From Botryllus schlosseri (Eukaryota), in the NCBI GenBank assembly GCA_051294905.1, contig CM119372.1, forward strand, positions 31,746,001 through 31,810,000: a DNA stretch of 64,000 nucleotides, given 5' to 3'. A program made the position numbers and the translations under genes. The notes below the pieces were generated by a model that was given only the letters and a program-made list of their open reading frames with translations, was not told where the DNA came from and ran no database searches. Positions 23,669 through 35,282 of the stretch are shown here, one piece after another (positions within the stretch are counted from its first letter, which is position 1; each line of letters begins with the position of its first letter).

Positions 23669-25450
23669 ATCATCCGTCCAATATGAAGTATCATATCGAA
23701 GTGGATGATCAGGGTATTGAGGTTCTGTCCAAGCCACTTGACTATTACCTCGGGATGAGTGTGCAAGCGGTAAAGATGGCTTTGTGTCACGCATATCCTT
23801 TGTTTCCAGGTTCTTAGGGCGCGTCTCTTGTTCATCCAGAAACTCGGAGTTCCAAACAAGTTGTAGCTCCTCCGCAACGTCCCGCCAGGTTTTCTCTTCT
23901 TCCCAGCCTCGCAACATCAATCTAAGCGCTTCTGGTAGTCGCTGCCGTAGATTTCGGAAAAGACGTAATCCATCCGGATTTTTCTTAATTTTACTATCCA
24001 TGTCTATTTCCAGTTGCTTCAAGGCGCTATTCAGCAGGGGTAGCGGCTCATCCTCCCAGCGATAATTTCTACGGAAATCCCCAATAATCTTTTCATCATT
24101 TACCAAACCCTGGGGATTGGATAAGGAAAGAGATTGCATCACCGATTCCCATTCTGCTTCCCCAGAATTGGTATTAAAAAAATTTCCAAGTTGGGTAGCA
24201 TGCTTGTGTCTGCCAGCCGCTCGCAATTTCTTCTGCATCGCATTAGCCAAAATAACATCCACATCCGTATTTCCGGGACCGTGGCGTATTCGTCGCATTG
24301 AATTCTCCATCCATTTTAGCAGTGGCATGTCTCCAGGGTCCATCATAAGCTGAAGCATTTCTTTTTCTGACTGGATTTTAGCCGACACATTGAGTAATGG
24401 GGCCGAAACACCAGAATACTCGTGTGGCTGTTGCTGCCGTTGTCGCCTAGTCCTTCCCCAATACTCTTTTGGAGTGGAGGTAGCGCGAGGTGTATTAGGA
24501 GAACGAGAGCTATCGGAAAGTTCCTCATCGAGAGATTCTTCCGTGGAATCCTCAGAGCTTGCACCGCCCCGTAGGGACCTTATATTATCTCTTATTTCTT
24601 GGGAAATCTGTTTCAGTCTAGCATGGAAATCGATTTCAGAACTTTCTGCATCAGATTGTTCCTCGCCTGGACTATGAAAGGTCACCCGTCGGGAAGCGCC
24701 GTCCGCATTTATACGGGATTCTGTCTCCGAATTTCGGCGTTCTTGCCAACCCTGATATCCCCTATATTTACTCGAGGAACTTTTTGCAGGTTCCGTCCTT
24801 GTTCCCCCCGTTGCTGGGTTTCCATCTTTTTGTTTGGCGCGTGCACCACTGCCCACATGGAAACATGGAGTCGTCCCTATTCGAGAGTCTGGCAATGAGG
24901 TCGAATCAGAACGTGGTAGCTTAGGATAGACGGCCGTTACAGTATGACAATCCAGACCCTTGCGAACCGTCATCGTTGGTCCTTGTTGTACGTTACTAGA
25001 CTGCTGCTCAACGAGAGGAACGTAAGCCGGAGGGTCATATTCTGGTGCAGTTGGAGCTACTGTCAAAACGGGAGATTGGATGCTATCTCGTGTAGCCTGT
25101 GCATGCGACTTTCCGAGCTCAAATTCTGACGTAAGGATGTCATTCAGCACGTCGGTGGAGACCTTCCCGCTAACTTTTGTTGTGGCATCGCAAACAGCTT
25201 TGAGGTCCGCTTGAGCTTTTCGAACCTCTTTCTTTGCCTTTTCTAACCCTTTCATGGTCTCCGGTAGAGCTGTCTTTACTTCTTTTAATAGCTCCGTTTG
25301 TTCAGCCACATCTTTAGCAAGTTGTCTTTCTTGTCGCCGTACATCTTCATGGCGTTTTTGTGTTGCTTTAAGCAAGGTAATGCCCTGTTTAAGTTCATTT
25401 GTCGCTTCTGACGACCTTTTCCTTTTAAATGCTTTCAATATTCTTCGCAT
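23621..25450 (-). CDS. 609-aa Gag-like protein: N-terminal coiled coil, PTAP/PPxY late motifs, Ser-rich linker, helical C-terminal domain
   Basis: Long intact ORF; PTAPEYDPPAY at 25022-25054; position directly upstream of a DTG protease-like frame. No CCHC knuckle. The Gag identity is an inference. Confidence 0.6.
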   Translation of the reverse strand: MRRILKAFKRKRSSEATNELKQGITLLKATQKRHEDVRRQERQLAKDVAEQTELLKEVKTALPETMKGLEKAKKEVRKAQADLKAVCDATTKVSGKVSTDVLNDILTSEFELGKSHAQATRDSIQSPVLTVAPTAPEYDPPAYVPLVEQQSSNVQQGPTMTVRKGLDCHTVTAVYPKLPRSDSTSLPDSRIGTTPCFHVGSGARAKQKDGNPATGGTRTEPAKSSSSKYRGYQGWQERRNSETESRINADGASRRVTFHSPGEEQSDAESSEIDFHARLKQISQEIRDNIRSLRGGASSEDSTEESLDEELSDSSRSPNTPRATSTPKEYWGRTRRQRQQQPHEYSGVSAPLLNVSAKIQSEKEMLQLMMDPGDMPLLKWMENSMRRIRHGPGNTDVDVILANAMQKKLRAAGRHKHATQLGNFFNTNSGEAEWESVMQSLSLSNPQGLVNDEKIIGDFRRNYRWEDEPLPLLNSALKQLEIDMDSKIKKNPDGLRLFRNLRQRLPEALRLMLRGWEEEKTWRDVAEELQLVWNSEFLDEQETRPKNLETKDMRDTKPSLPLAHSSRGNSQVAWTEPQYPDHPLRYDTSYWTDDELKQSIRLSKIARGS

Positions 25451-25458
25451 AGTACTCT

Positions 25459-25827
25459 CTATTGACTAGAGGAAGTACTGTTGACAAATATTAGATCAGG
25501 CAAGGATGCGTTGAAAAAGACTGTAGGTCCTGGCGGCGTATTCGTGGCTTTGACGTAAGCAGTGGGTTCGCTGCTATTTGATCCCAAAAATACGTTCAAC
25601 AGATTAGAAAACGCTCCAGGCGATACGTGCAGATAAATTGCTGCCAATATTATCAGGAGAGATACAGACGAGGAAAGCAAGGATACAACAAGTACAAGTT
25701 TTACGATGGTCGTCTTTGAAAGCATCGATCGGTCAACGTCTGAACACCGGAAGTATGCCCCGTACTGGCCACCAATTTTGTTTTTATAGTGCAGCTCCAC
25801 AACGATTGTTATGCGAGTAGTCCACAC
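25459..25827 (-). CDS. Putative small single-pass membrane protein
   Basis: Hydrophobic run IVKLVLVVSLLSSSVSLLIILAAIYL followed by NSS, NAS and NST sequons; stops 8 nt before the Gag-like ATG. Confidence 0.4.
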   Translation of the reverse strand: MWTTRITIVVELHYKNKIGGQYGAYFRCSDVDRSMLSKTTIVKLVLVVSLLSSSVSLLIILAAIYLHVSPGAFSNLLNVFLGSNSSEPTAYVKATNTPPGPTVFFNASLPDLIFVNSTSSSQ

Positions 25828-25996
25828 TTGTTCGGGATACTTCGTAGGACAAAGTTGACACTATTTGCTCTCTTGTGTAGTACTGACGACGTTCGTAGAT
25901 CTGTAGATGTTGATTTGAGATTTTTCAAAGTCGTAAATGTTGATTGAAGTATTCCGTAGTTGTAATATTGTCTTGTTTCCAAACAGCCAATGACCA

Positions 25997-26302
25997 TTAG
26001 GTCCAAAGTTCTAAGCTAGCCCTCGATACAAGTAATCTGAAACCCTTAATACAACCAAATACTCCAATCATTATCAACCAATTATGGACACAAATATAGG
26101 GCGCTTCTATAAATATCGTCCCGTACGGGTCTATCAGAATACGAGTAAAAGCTAGGCCTATAAATATGTCATGCATGATTGATAACTTTTCAATACTCCA
26201 AGGTTGGTTTACACATATAAATGTGAAGGCCTTTCCTGCCTCGACACACAAGCATATGCAATATACAAGAAACATGCCAATAGATGTTACAAAAAAATAC
26301 AC
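25997..26302 (-). CDS. Putative small multi-pass membrane protein
   Basis: Three hydrophobic segments; overlaps the next co-oriented ORF (25809-26006). Confidence 0.3.
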   Translation of the reverse strand: MYFFVTSIGMFLVYCICLCVEAGKAFTFICVNQPWSIEKLSIMHDIFIGLAFTRILIDPYGTIFIEAPYICVHNWLIMIGVFGCIKGFRLLVSRASLELWT

Positions 26303-27010
26303 TCAGAGTTCAAGTTGACCAACTTGCAGACTCGTGTATTATAAGAGTTCTCCAGTCTTCCAGCTGCAGGTATCGAACCGAAATCAGTCCAGAAAGCGAC
26401 CCCTTGTTGAGTACTTTACGTCATAAAGTACTTTCGTGTCGATTCGGGGATCAGGCATTCCAACAGTAGGCGGCGTTTGTTGAGGGTTCGTCGTAGGCAG
26501 AGATTCCGAATGCAATATCTCTATACTCTTGGCTCTTTTCATCTTTAGTTCATCGAATTCATGGAGCTATTCCAGCACATTTCATTTGGCTTTTCCATTA
26601 CTGTATACTTGTAACTTCGGCTAGCAGTCAATCCCATTTTATTGCACTGCTTTATTTCTGTATACTTTGCAACTGTGGCAAGCAGCCGATCCAATCATTA
26701 TAAGGTCAAGAGCTTCCAGGGGTACATGCGAACATCACCCTTCAATGCCGAAAGACTTTAGTACCTCCCGCAATCAATCGTCAATATACTGTTTTGTGGA
26801 TATAGTATGATACTGGATGCTTCGTTTTGGGCTGTGTTTCGAGAGTGCTGGACTGCTGGTGGCTTTACATTGGTAGAGCCAGAAATTAGCCAACACTAGA
26901 GGACACATTCACGATGTCTGCATTGGTAGTCATTGGATATTACAACTGAATGTACAATTCATGTGGGCACCATACATGGCATGGATATGCAATATGCACA
27001 CACACATATA

Positions 27011-27217
27011 TTACATATACTTCAGCTCACTGCAAAAGTTCGCATACATGGAAAAATGATGGCGCCATTTTCGGTAAAGCAACCTGATGGTAAAGCTAAC
27101 TACTAACATGCATACGACAATTCCAGATAAGCACAAAGTGCTATCAACACAGCGGCCAAATGTACAAAGCATATTCGACTGTTCATTCATTAACCCATGC
27201 GCAAATTCGAAATACAA
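27011..27217 (-). CDS. Putative small membrane protein
   Basis: LCLSGIVVCMLVVSFTI followed by a basic RLLYRKWR stop-transfer-like segment. Confidence 0.25.
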   Translation of the reverse strand: MYFEFAHGLMNEQSNMLCTFGRCVDSTLCLSGIVVCMLVVSFTIRLLYRKWRHHFSMYANFCSELKYM

Positions 27218-27947
27218 AATGGCGGCATTTTTGTTAACTCAACACGATAGTGAGTATCGGCAATTATAGAGTTCGAACACGCTCTGCAAATTTAGCGTTG
27301 ACGCAATCGATCTCATGAATCGAAAGCGTGAACCCTTGGACTCAATTTTCGACACATCAATTTCGCAAAAAAGATGTGTGTACTTTTCTATTGTATATAA
27401 GAATTTTATTTTAATTTTATTGAGAGTGATTTAGGGTGATTGTATCAGTTGCTTATGCAACGGCAATTCATCTTACTATTGACTCATATGGGCAGTCAGG
27501 TGACTACAAAAGTCACCGCTAATCTTTTCAGTTACTACGGCTTTATTCATAATCTAACATTATGATGCCTTACCTTAACAATTTGAAGGGACAATGTAGG
27601 CATTCTCTGAAATATAAGATTTGCAGTGCCTAGGTCAGAGCTTAAATCTACGACCTTTTACGGTGTTTAGCTGCAATCCATGAAGTGCGGATTTATGCGT
27701 ATGAAAACCGGTGACACTGCGATTCGAGTATGCAAAGGCACGAACTAACACTGGCGTTTCCACGCTACGACGTGAAATTCATCAGAAAATAATCTCAGGA
27801 ATACATGGTAGCACTAAATGGACACATTTGTGTAACACAATAGTCACCGAATGACCTCGGTGCTCCGCGAGCACTTGGATACATTGCGATTATCGCAATA
27901 CAGACTCCTCGGATGCATTGCCGTCCAGTTTAAAATTGTATTAAACT

Positions 27948-28687
27948 TTACCGGAATAGTAGCCTATAGCGGCGACGGGGTTCAGATATAGGTTTGAATA
28001 TATTTTCAGTTCGAGTCGCTATTTGTTCTTCCTTAAGATTTTTAAATATTGCCATCCCGTAAAGTTTATTATGACGTCCTACCGACCAACTAGCAAATAT
28101 CAAATTATCCTCATCTGCTCGTTGGCATGACGTTATCGATAGGTACGTCTCTTTACTGATTGTATCGTTCATTTGTTGCATCATGTGTCGTCTTATGAGT
28201 TCGTACATTATTATACGAGCGTTCACTTTTTGTCGAGAGTCGATTTCATACAATATAACGCTTGTGATAAGTTTTCATCTCGTATGCCACTGATAGTCTT
28301 TTCTATATTCCAAAGACTTGTGGTACAGAAGGTGACCCCATTTTGTTCTCAATTTTACTTACATATAAGTAAATACACGACATTTAAAGCGCGATATGAG
28401 AAAATAACATTGACGTCTATTTCAGCTCAGTGCCCCTACATTAATTTAATCAAAAGATGCCTAGCGCAAAACTCATGTAAATCTTTGTTATCTATATCAA
28501 TGAATACGTATAACTAAAACTGCCTCCAGCAATTGTTCCATCATTTCGATTATTTCGGAGGGATCAATTGATTGAGACAGCTCCCGTCACACAGATTTAG
28601 GTACCATGCCCATATTTTCTTTAAAATTAGCAATGCTTCACCTAAGGGAGCTTTAAGAATGGTACCAATACTATAGTCAAGAGTCAT
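27948..28687 (-). pseudogene. Decayed coding-like segment of unknown function
   Basis: ATG at 28687, protein-like stretches broken by stops, then a 101-aa ORF in another frame; co-oriented with the cassette. Confidence 0.25.
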
Positions 28688-31600
28688 AGTAGCTTAAAAA
28701 CATTGAAGTGGATCAATCACTTTGCGTCTTGAGCGTAATTGTTATTATTCAACTATTATCCGGCTCGCAGCGTAATATGAGTTTGACAGTACAGGAAGCT
28801 ACCTGTGCGATTCGTCCTCGTTGTGGCAAACGCTTGTTGTTGAATTACTTTGCCGCAATGTTTAAGTTTGGACCGACGAGGTGAGTTGTATGTAGAAGCA
28901 TAGCTAATTTTTTGAACTTACAAGTTAGTGTTTCTCAACCGGGATAAACGTAATTCTTGGGATATACCAGAATTTGCAAAGGGTGTACCTTTCCAATGGG
29001 ATATATAGAGATGTACCAGACCCGGATTACCCTGAGCCGACGGACAGCTGTCACCAAGGTTGGTATATGTACAATGTTGTCTCAAATGTAATACTGTATT
29101 CCGCTTAGTTGCGATGTCACAAGTAAATCGTCAGCCTAACCCAATGGTCTAGTTAGATGTTGCAAAGTACATACAGTTAGAAGACATGTTTCAAGCTAGT
29201 CATTTATGCGATAGCTCAGATTTCCTGAAGCGGTATTCCCTGCCTGACGTAAATAAATGCCGTAATGTAGTGAATGCAGCAATTGAAGTGACGCAGCCAG
29301 TCAAGATTAAAATAACTTCCATATTGACATTGAAATGTGTTTGGTTTAGACTGCCGATTTCTTAATCCAGTATTACGTCATGTATCTGAAATTAATTTTT
29401 CGTTATCATTGAGGCAAATTAATGACAATAGACTGTGTACAGCGGTCCACAATATGAGGTTATTGACACTATTCTCGCAGCTCAAGTGCAATCCTGGACT
29501 TGCGCGTGGTGCAGTGCAAGTATGATATCAGAATTGTCAAGTCGTCTAATTTCACTAAATTAGAGCGAAACGCAAGTGGTCTAATTCTGATCCAATTGAT
29601 TAATTAGTTATCCGCGGCCAACCGCTATAGCATGTGTCAGTGTAGCGCCAAAGTCACTTCTGCTAGTACGGAAAAGTATTGTCGAGCATGTGCGAATAGA
29701 TTATTCCGACAATAGAAACAACAATATGAAACCAAAATTAATTTCATTATTTCGTCGCGATCTTTTAAACTCACATATCAAGTCGCCGAGCGCGCATGAC
29801 CAGCGTTTGCGTGAGCCCTGGTTACTAAAAAACAAGGCAAGTTTAGTATACAGATCATACTCTTTATAGCGACATGCTCCGTGTGCAATATTTGTCATTA
29901 AATCCGACTGCCTCGCATTTCCTAAGGCTCATTTTAATTTTACGGACAAAGTTATTAGCGTCCATCTTGAATTAGTACTGAGTATTTAGGATTTATTTTT
30001 GTATAGGATAAGTGTCAGTGAAGCGGGTGAATATTCAGTAATTTAATTTCATATCATAGTTATAAATACAGCGTTGATTTTCTCTCTCCCCTTTATAGGA
30101 AAGTGAGCATCAGTTTCTTTGTACTGTAATTTTCCTAGACGTCGTTTTATTTAAAATGTGACCCTATATCTTATATATCCAGTTGTTTTAGCCAAAGTAA
30201 CCACTTCTATTTATTCAAATGTGACATTAAATGTATCAGGAGAATAAGAATAGACACTTGTTACCGATACCGATCAGATCATCGAATCATAGATGTTTGT
30301 ATTTTCGAGAAAAGTTGCCATTTGTTATTTCACAGTTCATAGCATCATGCAAGCATAGCTACTTTATTTAATACTAGAACCGGGAAGACATCACTCCGCT
30401 TCACTGATTCAACGACCCTGGCAATTTCAACGCAACAATGCCGGCGATTCAGTTGGTGAGGCAGAATTGTATTATCCGTTTTCATCACCGTGTCTAACAC
30501 ACTCCGGGTTTGTTGTCTTAGTGCACCATGCCATTTGGAAAATAATCTAGGGTTAGCTAACCTGTGTAGGCTAGCTATATGTAATCAAACAGTATAGAGT
30601 TGATTCTGTCACGCCCCACAAGTGAACCCATTAAAAGTTATGTTACATTTTCGGTTGCAAGAAAGCACCTGATTGGTTATCATTGATATATTATATTCTA
30701 CCCAGATAATATTCATCTCCTATTTCAACCTCCTTTGTGCTATGACGTCACATTAGAACAATACGATGTAGAGAACTTATATCATAGCAGTACCGCATCC
30801 TTTACAAGCAGCGCAGTACTGCAGATGGAATAGTATAGTAAAACGGTGGTTATAATCTTGTGACGTTAACTATTGGGCCGGACGATTTCTCGTGCTGGGT
30901 CGGGTCCAGCCACTGGTCTATCACTATGTGGCGTGGGATTGTATAACTAATAACATCACATATTAACGAGGGTTTTAATATCTTCGGTCAATTACCAAGC
31001 TGACAATGAACTGCTATAGTTGTTGTCTTAACCTATTCACTTCCTATCCACTACTAGTTTCCATATGTTAAACTTTAGGTCAAATTAAAACAACCATCAT
31101 TATTGTCCGTATTGTAGATTTTACTCAAAGTAATTACAGTATCAATTCATAGACTCTCTGCGATATTCTAATGTCTTTTCATCGATTTCTTCCATTCAAC
31201 TGTGTTATGATGTTATATATCCTATTTCGTCGTATACTAATGCCCTTATCCAACCTTCATATAATAGTAAATGTCTTGATGATGTTGTTTATAAGCTTTG
31301 ATCAACTTGTCATCAACTTTAGTCAAATTCTTTTCAACTCCTGTCAACCTCGTAGCCAAATCATGCCTTTCAGCTCTGTAGAGTGAACTGAATTTTCTGG
31401 CCTTATCCTTCGAGTTATATTCAGTTTTGGGCGGAAGGTCGTTGACGTGCATGCATCCACCCCCATCACCACGAGCAATTTGCTATTTTCGTAAAGTAGG
31501 GGCTGACGTACATCCGAACATTCATCAAGCAAATTTTTGTCGCTATCCTTCGAACTACGGCATGATTAGGCCCCCAATTACAGTCAAATTTCACCCTTTT

Positions 31601-33120
31601 TCTGCAGTTAATTATTTCCTGTGCACCAATTTTCCACTGCAGCGTTTCCTTTCCCACCATTATTTATGGCCTTATTGTGCATGAGTTTTGCAATGGTGTG
31701 ATCAACCCCCCAATTGGGGTCGTATTTTGCCGTTTCTGCTAAATTTTATATTTTCCTGTGCGTCAACACGCCACTATAACATTTACATTCCCACAGTCAT
31801 TTATAATTGCTCTTTGCAAAAATCACACCATCTGCTTCCAAATTTTGCAAAATAATGCATTACACAATCCTAATTTGGTTTAGAAAGCACAATCCGAAAT
31901 TTTCTCAGTTACATCAATTATTTCTTCTCTTGTTATGCAATTCGTAGTTTTGCTAGTTATGTAATTCTTAATTTTACTTATTACGCAATTCACATTTTTT
32001 TTTTCTGCAAGCCGCAATCTTCGGCCAGTTCGTGCGAATTAAATTTACTTTCCACAGACTTAACCAGGGCCGAAGTCAAAAAATCTTCTCTATTTTTAAA
32101 AACCCGATGTTAGACTTGTAACAATCACTGTTAACTCCCTAGCGCCCGAAACTACTAAAACCTACTTCATTCAAAACGTGGTTTTTCGTGTATATAGTGC
32201 AGTCATCATCATATGTGTAAGATTTTGACTCACAATATCGCTCTTTCACACATTATTAGTCAATCCAAGTTCTGCAAGTTAGCGGAAAACACCCCTGTTT
32301 GAGGCAAGTTGTCCGCAGAATCTGTCATGAGGTTTAGTAACTTTTCAAAGGGTCGTAACGAGGTTAGAACCTGGGTATCTTCATCCACGTTATTATCGCC
32401 AATGAAAGATGGCGGATAACAAACTGGTGGGCTCGACAGCAGTAGTTACCCTCGGAAGGTTAGGTGATTGAACCTTTCCTTGCTACGTAACATTTAGGTA
32501 CAACATGTTTCATAAAGCCATTTCTGCCGAGCACCATAATACAATACCAATTACCAAGGTAGATTAATTAAGTAATTGTGTTGTTATTTATCTGTTCCAA
32601 TATTCGAAGATAAATTTATATTTAGACTTAGATAAATTCAGATGATAATTACATTTTTTCGCGGCCGCAAAACTTCAACGTGACAGAATTCACTATGCCA
32701 CGACGCAATCGCACGCCTACACTGTCTCTGTGTCCCATAATTTTGACAAGTTATGCCAAGTACAACAACCTTTTTATTCAGTTATTTCAGAATGTGCATT
32801 TTTCTCGTGCCAGGCGTAAATGTTGCTATAGTAGGCCTACATAGTACACTCATAATGTGTGTGGAATCTGCGCAGTCCAAATTCAAAATAGGGTCGACAC
32901 CACGCAGATTAATTCTAGTTATTGTTATTGTAAAACCATGTACTTTTTTGCCTAAACTGCAAAGGGTAAGTTGTTGAGAGTTCGCATTCTACCATTTTGA
33001 GCTATATTACTTTATGGCCTTTCAACAGAATACCTATTCATAACTGCCTGCACCGCACAAGAGATTTCCGGTAATTTTTGTGGAAACCGGTAACACGCAA
33101 ACCTAAAAGTTTCACTTTAA

Positions 33121-33191
33121 CTCTTTCCACGCCGAGCTAAATTTGAAGACAATCTCTAGCGAACATATGGGGATACGCGGCGTCGAAAGAG
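33121..33191. mobile_element. 71-bp TTAA-flanked mini-MITE (piggyBac-like)
   Basis: TIR CTCTTTCCACGCCG / CGGCGTCGAAAGAG (1 mismatch); TTAA at 33117-33120 and 33192-33195. Confidence 0.7.
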
Positions 33192-34512
33192 TTAATTCAA
33201 TTATTGATCTTACGCGCAGTCGTGACTGGTGCTATGTACATATTGTTTTGTTACTGACATATGTCAGAATTACCACTCTTATTTGTGTACTCGAATGCAC
33301 GATGTAGCGCGCTGTATAATGCAATTTACTTATACTAAACTAAAGCCGCGAAACAAGCGGTATTCACTTCGTGTCGTTAGACAACAGTAGTTGTAAAAAC
33401 CAAATAGACAGAGGTGTTGGAAAATCAACTTACCCGACACAAAAACCTACCTACTGGTTCCGAAATATCTAATGCAAATTGTGATGCGGTATGCACGCAT
33501 AACCACCTGCATTCATGCAGCTTACAACACCGACCATGATAACAATTTAGAGTTGCTGTTAATACTTTTGTGCCACAGCTATTCACTCGCTAGCCAATAG
33601 TTAGAATTCACGAGTTAATGATAAAGCAATAAGTTACCGAATGTTTGGGGGACTAGTTTGGTAGACATTGGTGGGGTTACTTCTTAGTCACTGGGGCAAT
33701 TAAATTAACGACCATTACTTCAGCGGGCCTTTCAACATTTTTCTATTTATTAGCATATTCGTCAAGCAAAGTCCGCTACAACAGATATATTTTCCTTGAG
33801 CATTCAAAGCTAGTGTTTTCCGTAACTTTGTGGCTTGTTACATCACGCAATTCTACATTATAATGTCAGCTAATTTCAATTTGGATTCAAAAGTGCACAT
33901 TCACACTGTGTGCGTTCACCTTTGACCAAAAGTGATCGTCATACTGTGTTGTGAACACACACGTCTTCATAGATATGCCATTCCAACAACGTGCATATTG
34001 CGTAGCTTTGCACTGAATGCTTAATATGTTGCGATGTGGCAAATGGAGGTTTCAGAGCCTGCATAATTGAAAATAATATCGCTCAGACAGTAGACGGACA
34101 TAAAATTAACACCAACAATCTCCCCCACCTTCAAGAAATACGATTATTAATTCATTAGTTCAATTATTACGTCTTTTTTATTGACGATTTTGATTTGCTC
34201 TGCAAAGCAATAGCCGTTACTTACGTTTACTGGTTATTACGACGAGTGACACCCCTAATATATTTTCTAGTACTGTTTTTGCAGTACTTGGACAAACTCG
34301 ATATTCTCAGCCCTTTGTTATGTGCCGTGGTCGTTGCGAACCGTATTATTATTATCATTATTTGGTCCCTGGTCTAATCGTTGCAAATATTATGTTCGCA
34401 GTTGGCGTCCAGCTCTCCGTCACGTCGTTTCGGCCCAATGTTGTTGGAACATTCTGGCCATCTCCTGACGAAATGAATCTGGTTAATTTGGTACTTACCT
34501 TCCGACCTTTAT

Positions 34513-35010
34513 CTAGGGTATGGTAGTCCGCCCTGGTGCTAAAGTGTTTCTTGCTTGTGACGTAGTTGTTCGTTTCGATTTTCTGGCCACTTGTATTGTG
34601 TCAGGCACTTCGTCATGGTGTTGAGTTGTTGTTACGAGACGATTGATTACACGGATTGGTCGCGTATAGGGCTCAGTGTCGAACGTATTGCGCACCCGCG
34701 GTTTTAATACTGTACTCGACATTCTACGTAGCTCGGTCAGAACCGGGGTATTAATTTGGGATGATTTCATTCTACCTGAACTGAGCGGTCCAGACGATGG
34801 AACCGCGGCCGGAACCATGATCGCTACAATAACACCGCTTGTGGCTCGAATATTGACGTTTGGTCTGTTTCGATCAGGTGTCTCCTTGGAAATGCTTGTG
34901 GTGTTTATTCGTGTGACATTTGTGTACTGCCCCTGACGGACCAAGCATAGTACAGTGTATGTCCTTCTTTGACGGCCTGCGTAGATCTGCGTAGGCAAAC
35001 AGCACAACAT
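34513..35010 (-). CDS. Arg/Thr/Ser-rich hypothetical ORF near the right end of the cargo element
   Basis: 165-aa ORF with a TATA-like ATATAAATAG about 100 nt upstream on the minus strand (about 35106-35115). Confidence 0.3.
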   Translation of the reverse strand: MLCCLPTQIYAGRQRRTYTVLCLVRQGQYTNVTRINTTSISKETPDRNRPNVNIRATSGVIVAIMVPAAVPSSGPLSSGRMKSSQINTPVLTELRRMSSTVLKPRVRNTFDTEPYTRPIRVINRLVTTTQHHDEVPDTIQVARKSKRTTTSQARNTLAPGRTTIP

Positions 35011-35282
35011 GTGTGGACTATCAGATCCCTACCGCCATGTGCGGGGCTAACGTCGTTTTTCTCGACAACTCATAACTATACGATTCTCTCCTATTTGATC
35101 CCGTGCTATTTATATGGCAGGGTTATTTTTTTCACTTGTTCCTGACCAGACCTAGTGCTTTTTTCACCCTCATTTCAATGTACATGTAAAACACTTACTA
35201 TCCTACAACACACCCATTTTATGGTGTAACAACTATTGCCGCCTAGACCTCCGGGCACTTATTTCACAAGTACCTAACATCT

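Larger units (their letters stand above)
21402..35274. mobile_element. 13.9-kb cargo-bearing insertion with Merlin-like ends
   Basis: 8-bp TSD TAACATCT at 21394-21401 and 35275-35282. Imperfect TIRs GGAACAAGTGCAGTATATGCCCG vs GGTACTTGTGAAATAAGTGCCCG (16/23 identical). The joined flanks match the uninterrupted opposite arm at about 48223-48270. No transposase was seen. Confidence 0.7.

Noticed and set aside
21402..27400. Gag-protease cassette as an ordinary LTR retrotransposon insertion
   Set aside because: I found no LTR pair, convincing PBS or PPT, RT or integrase. TGGCGCCATC near 27060 is not next to an LTR end. A deleted LTR-element origin remains possible.
32409..32465. Possible first exon ATGGCGGAT...AG|GTTAGG and other isolated splice-donor-like sites (28880, 32965)
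   Set aside because: No coherent exon chain or recognisable protein could be built.
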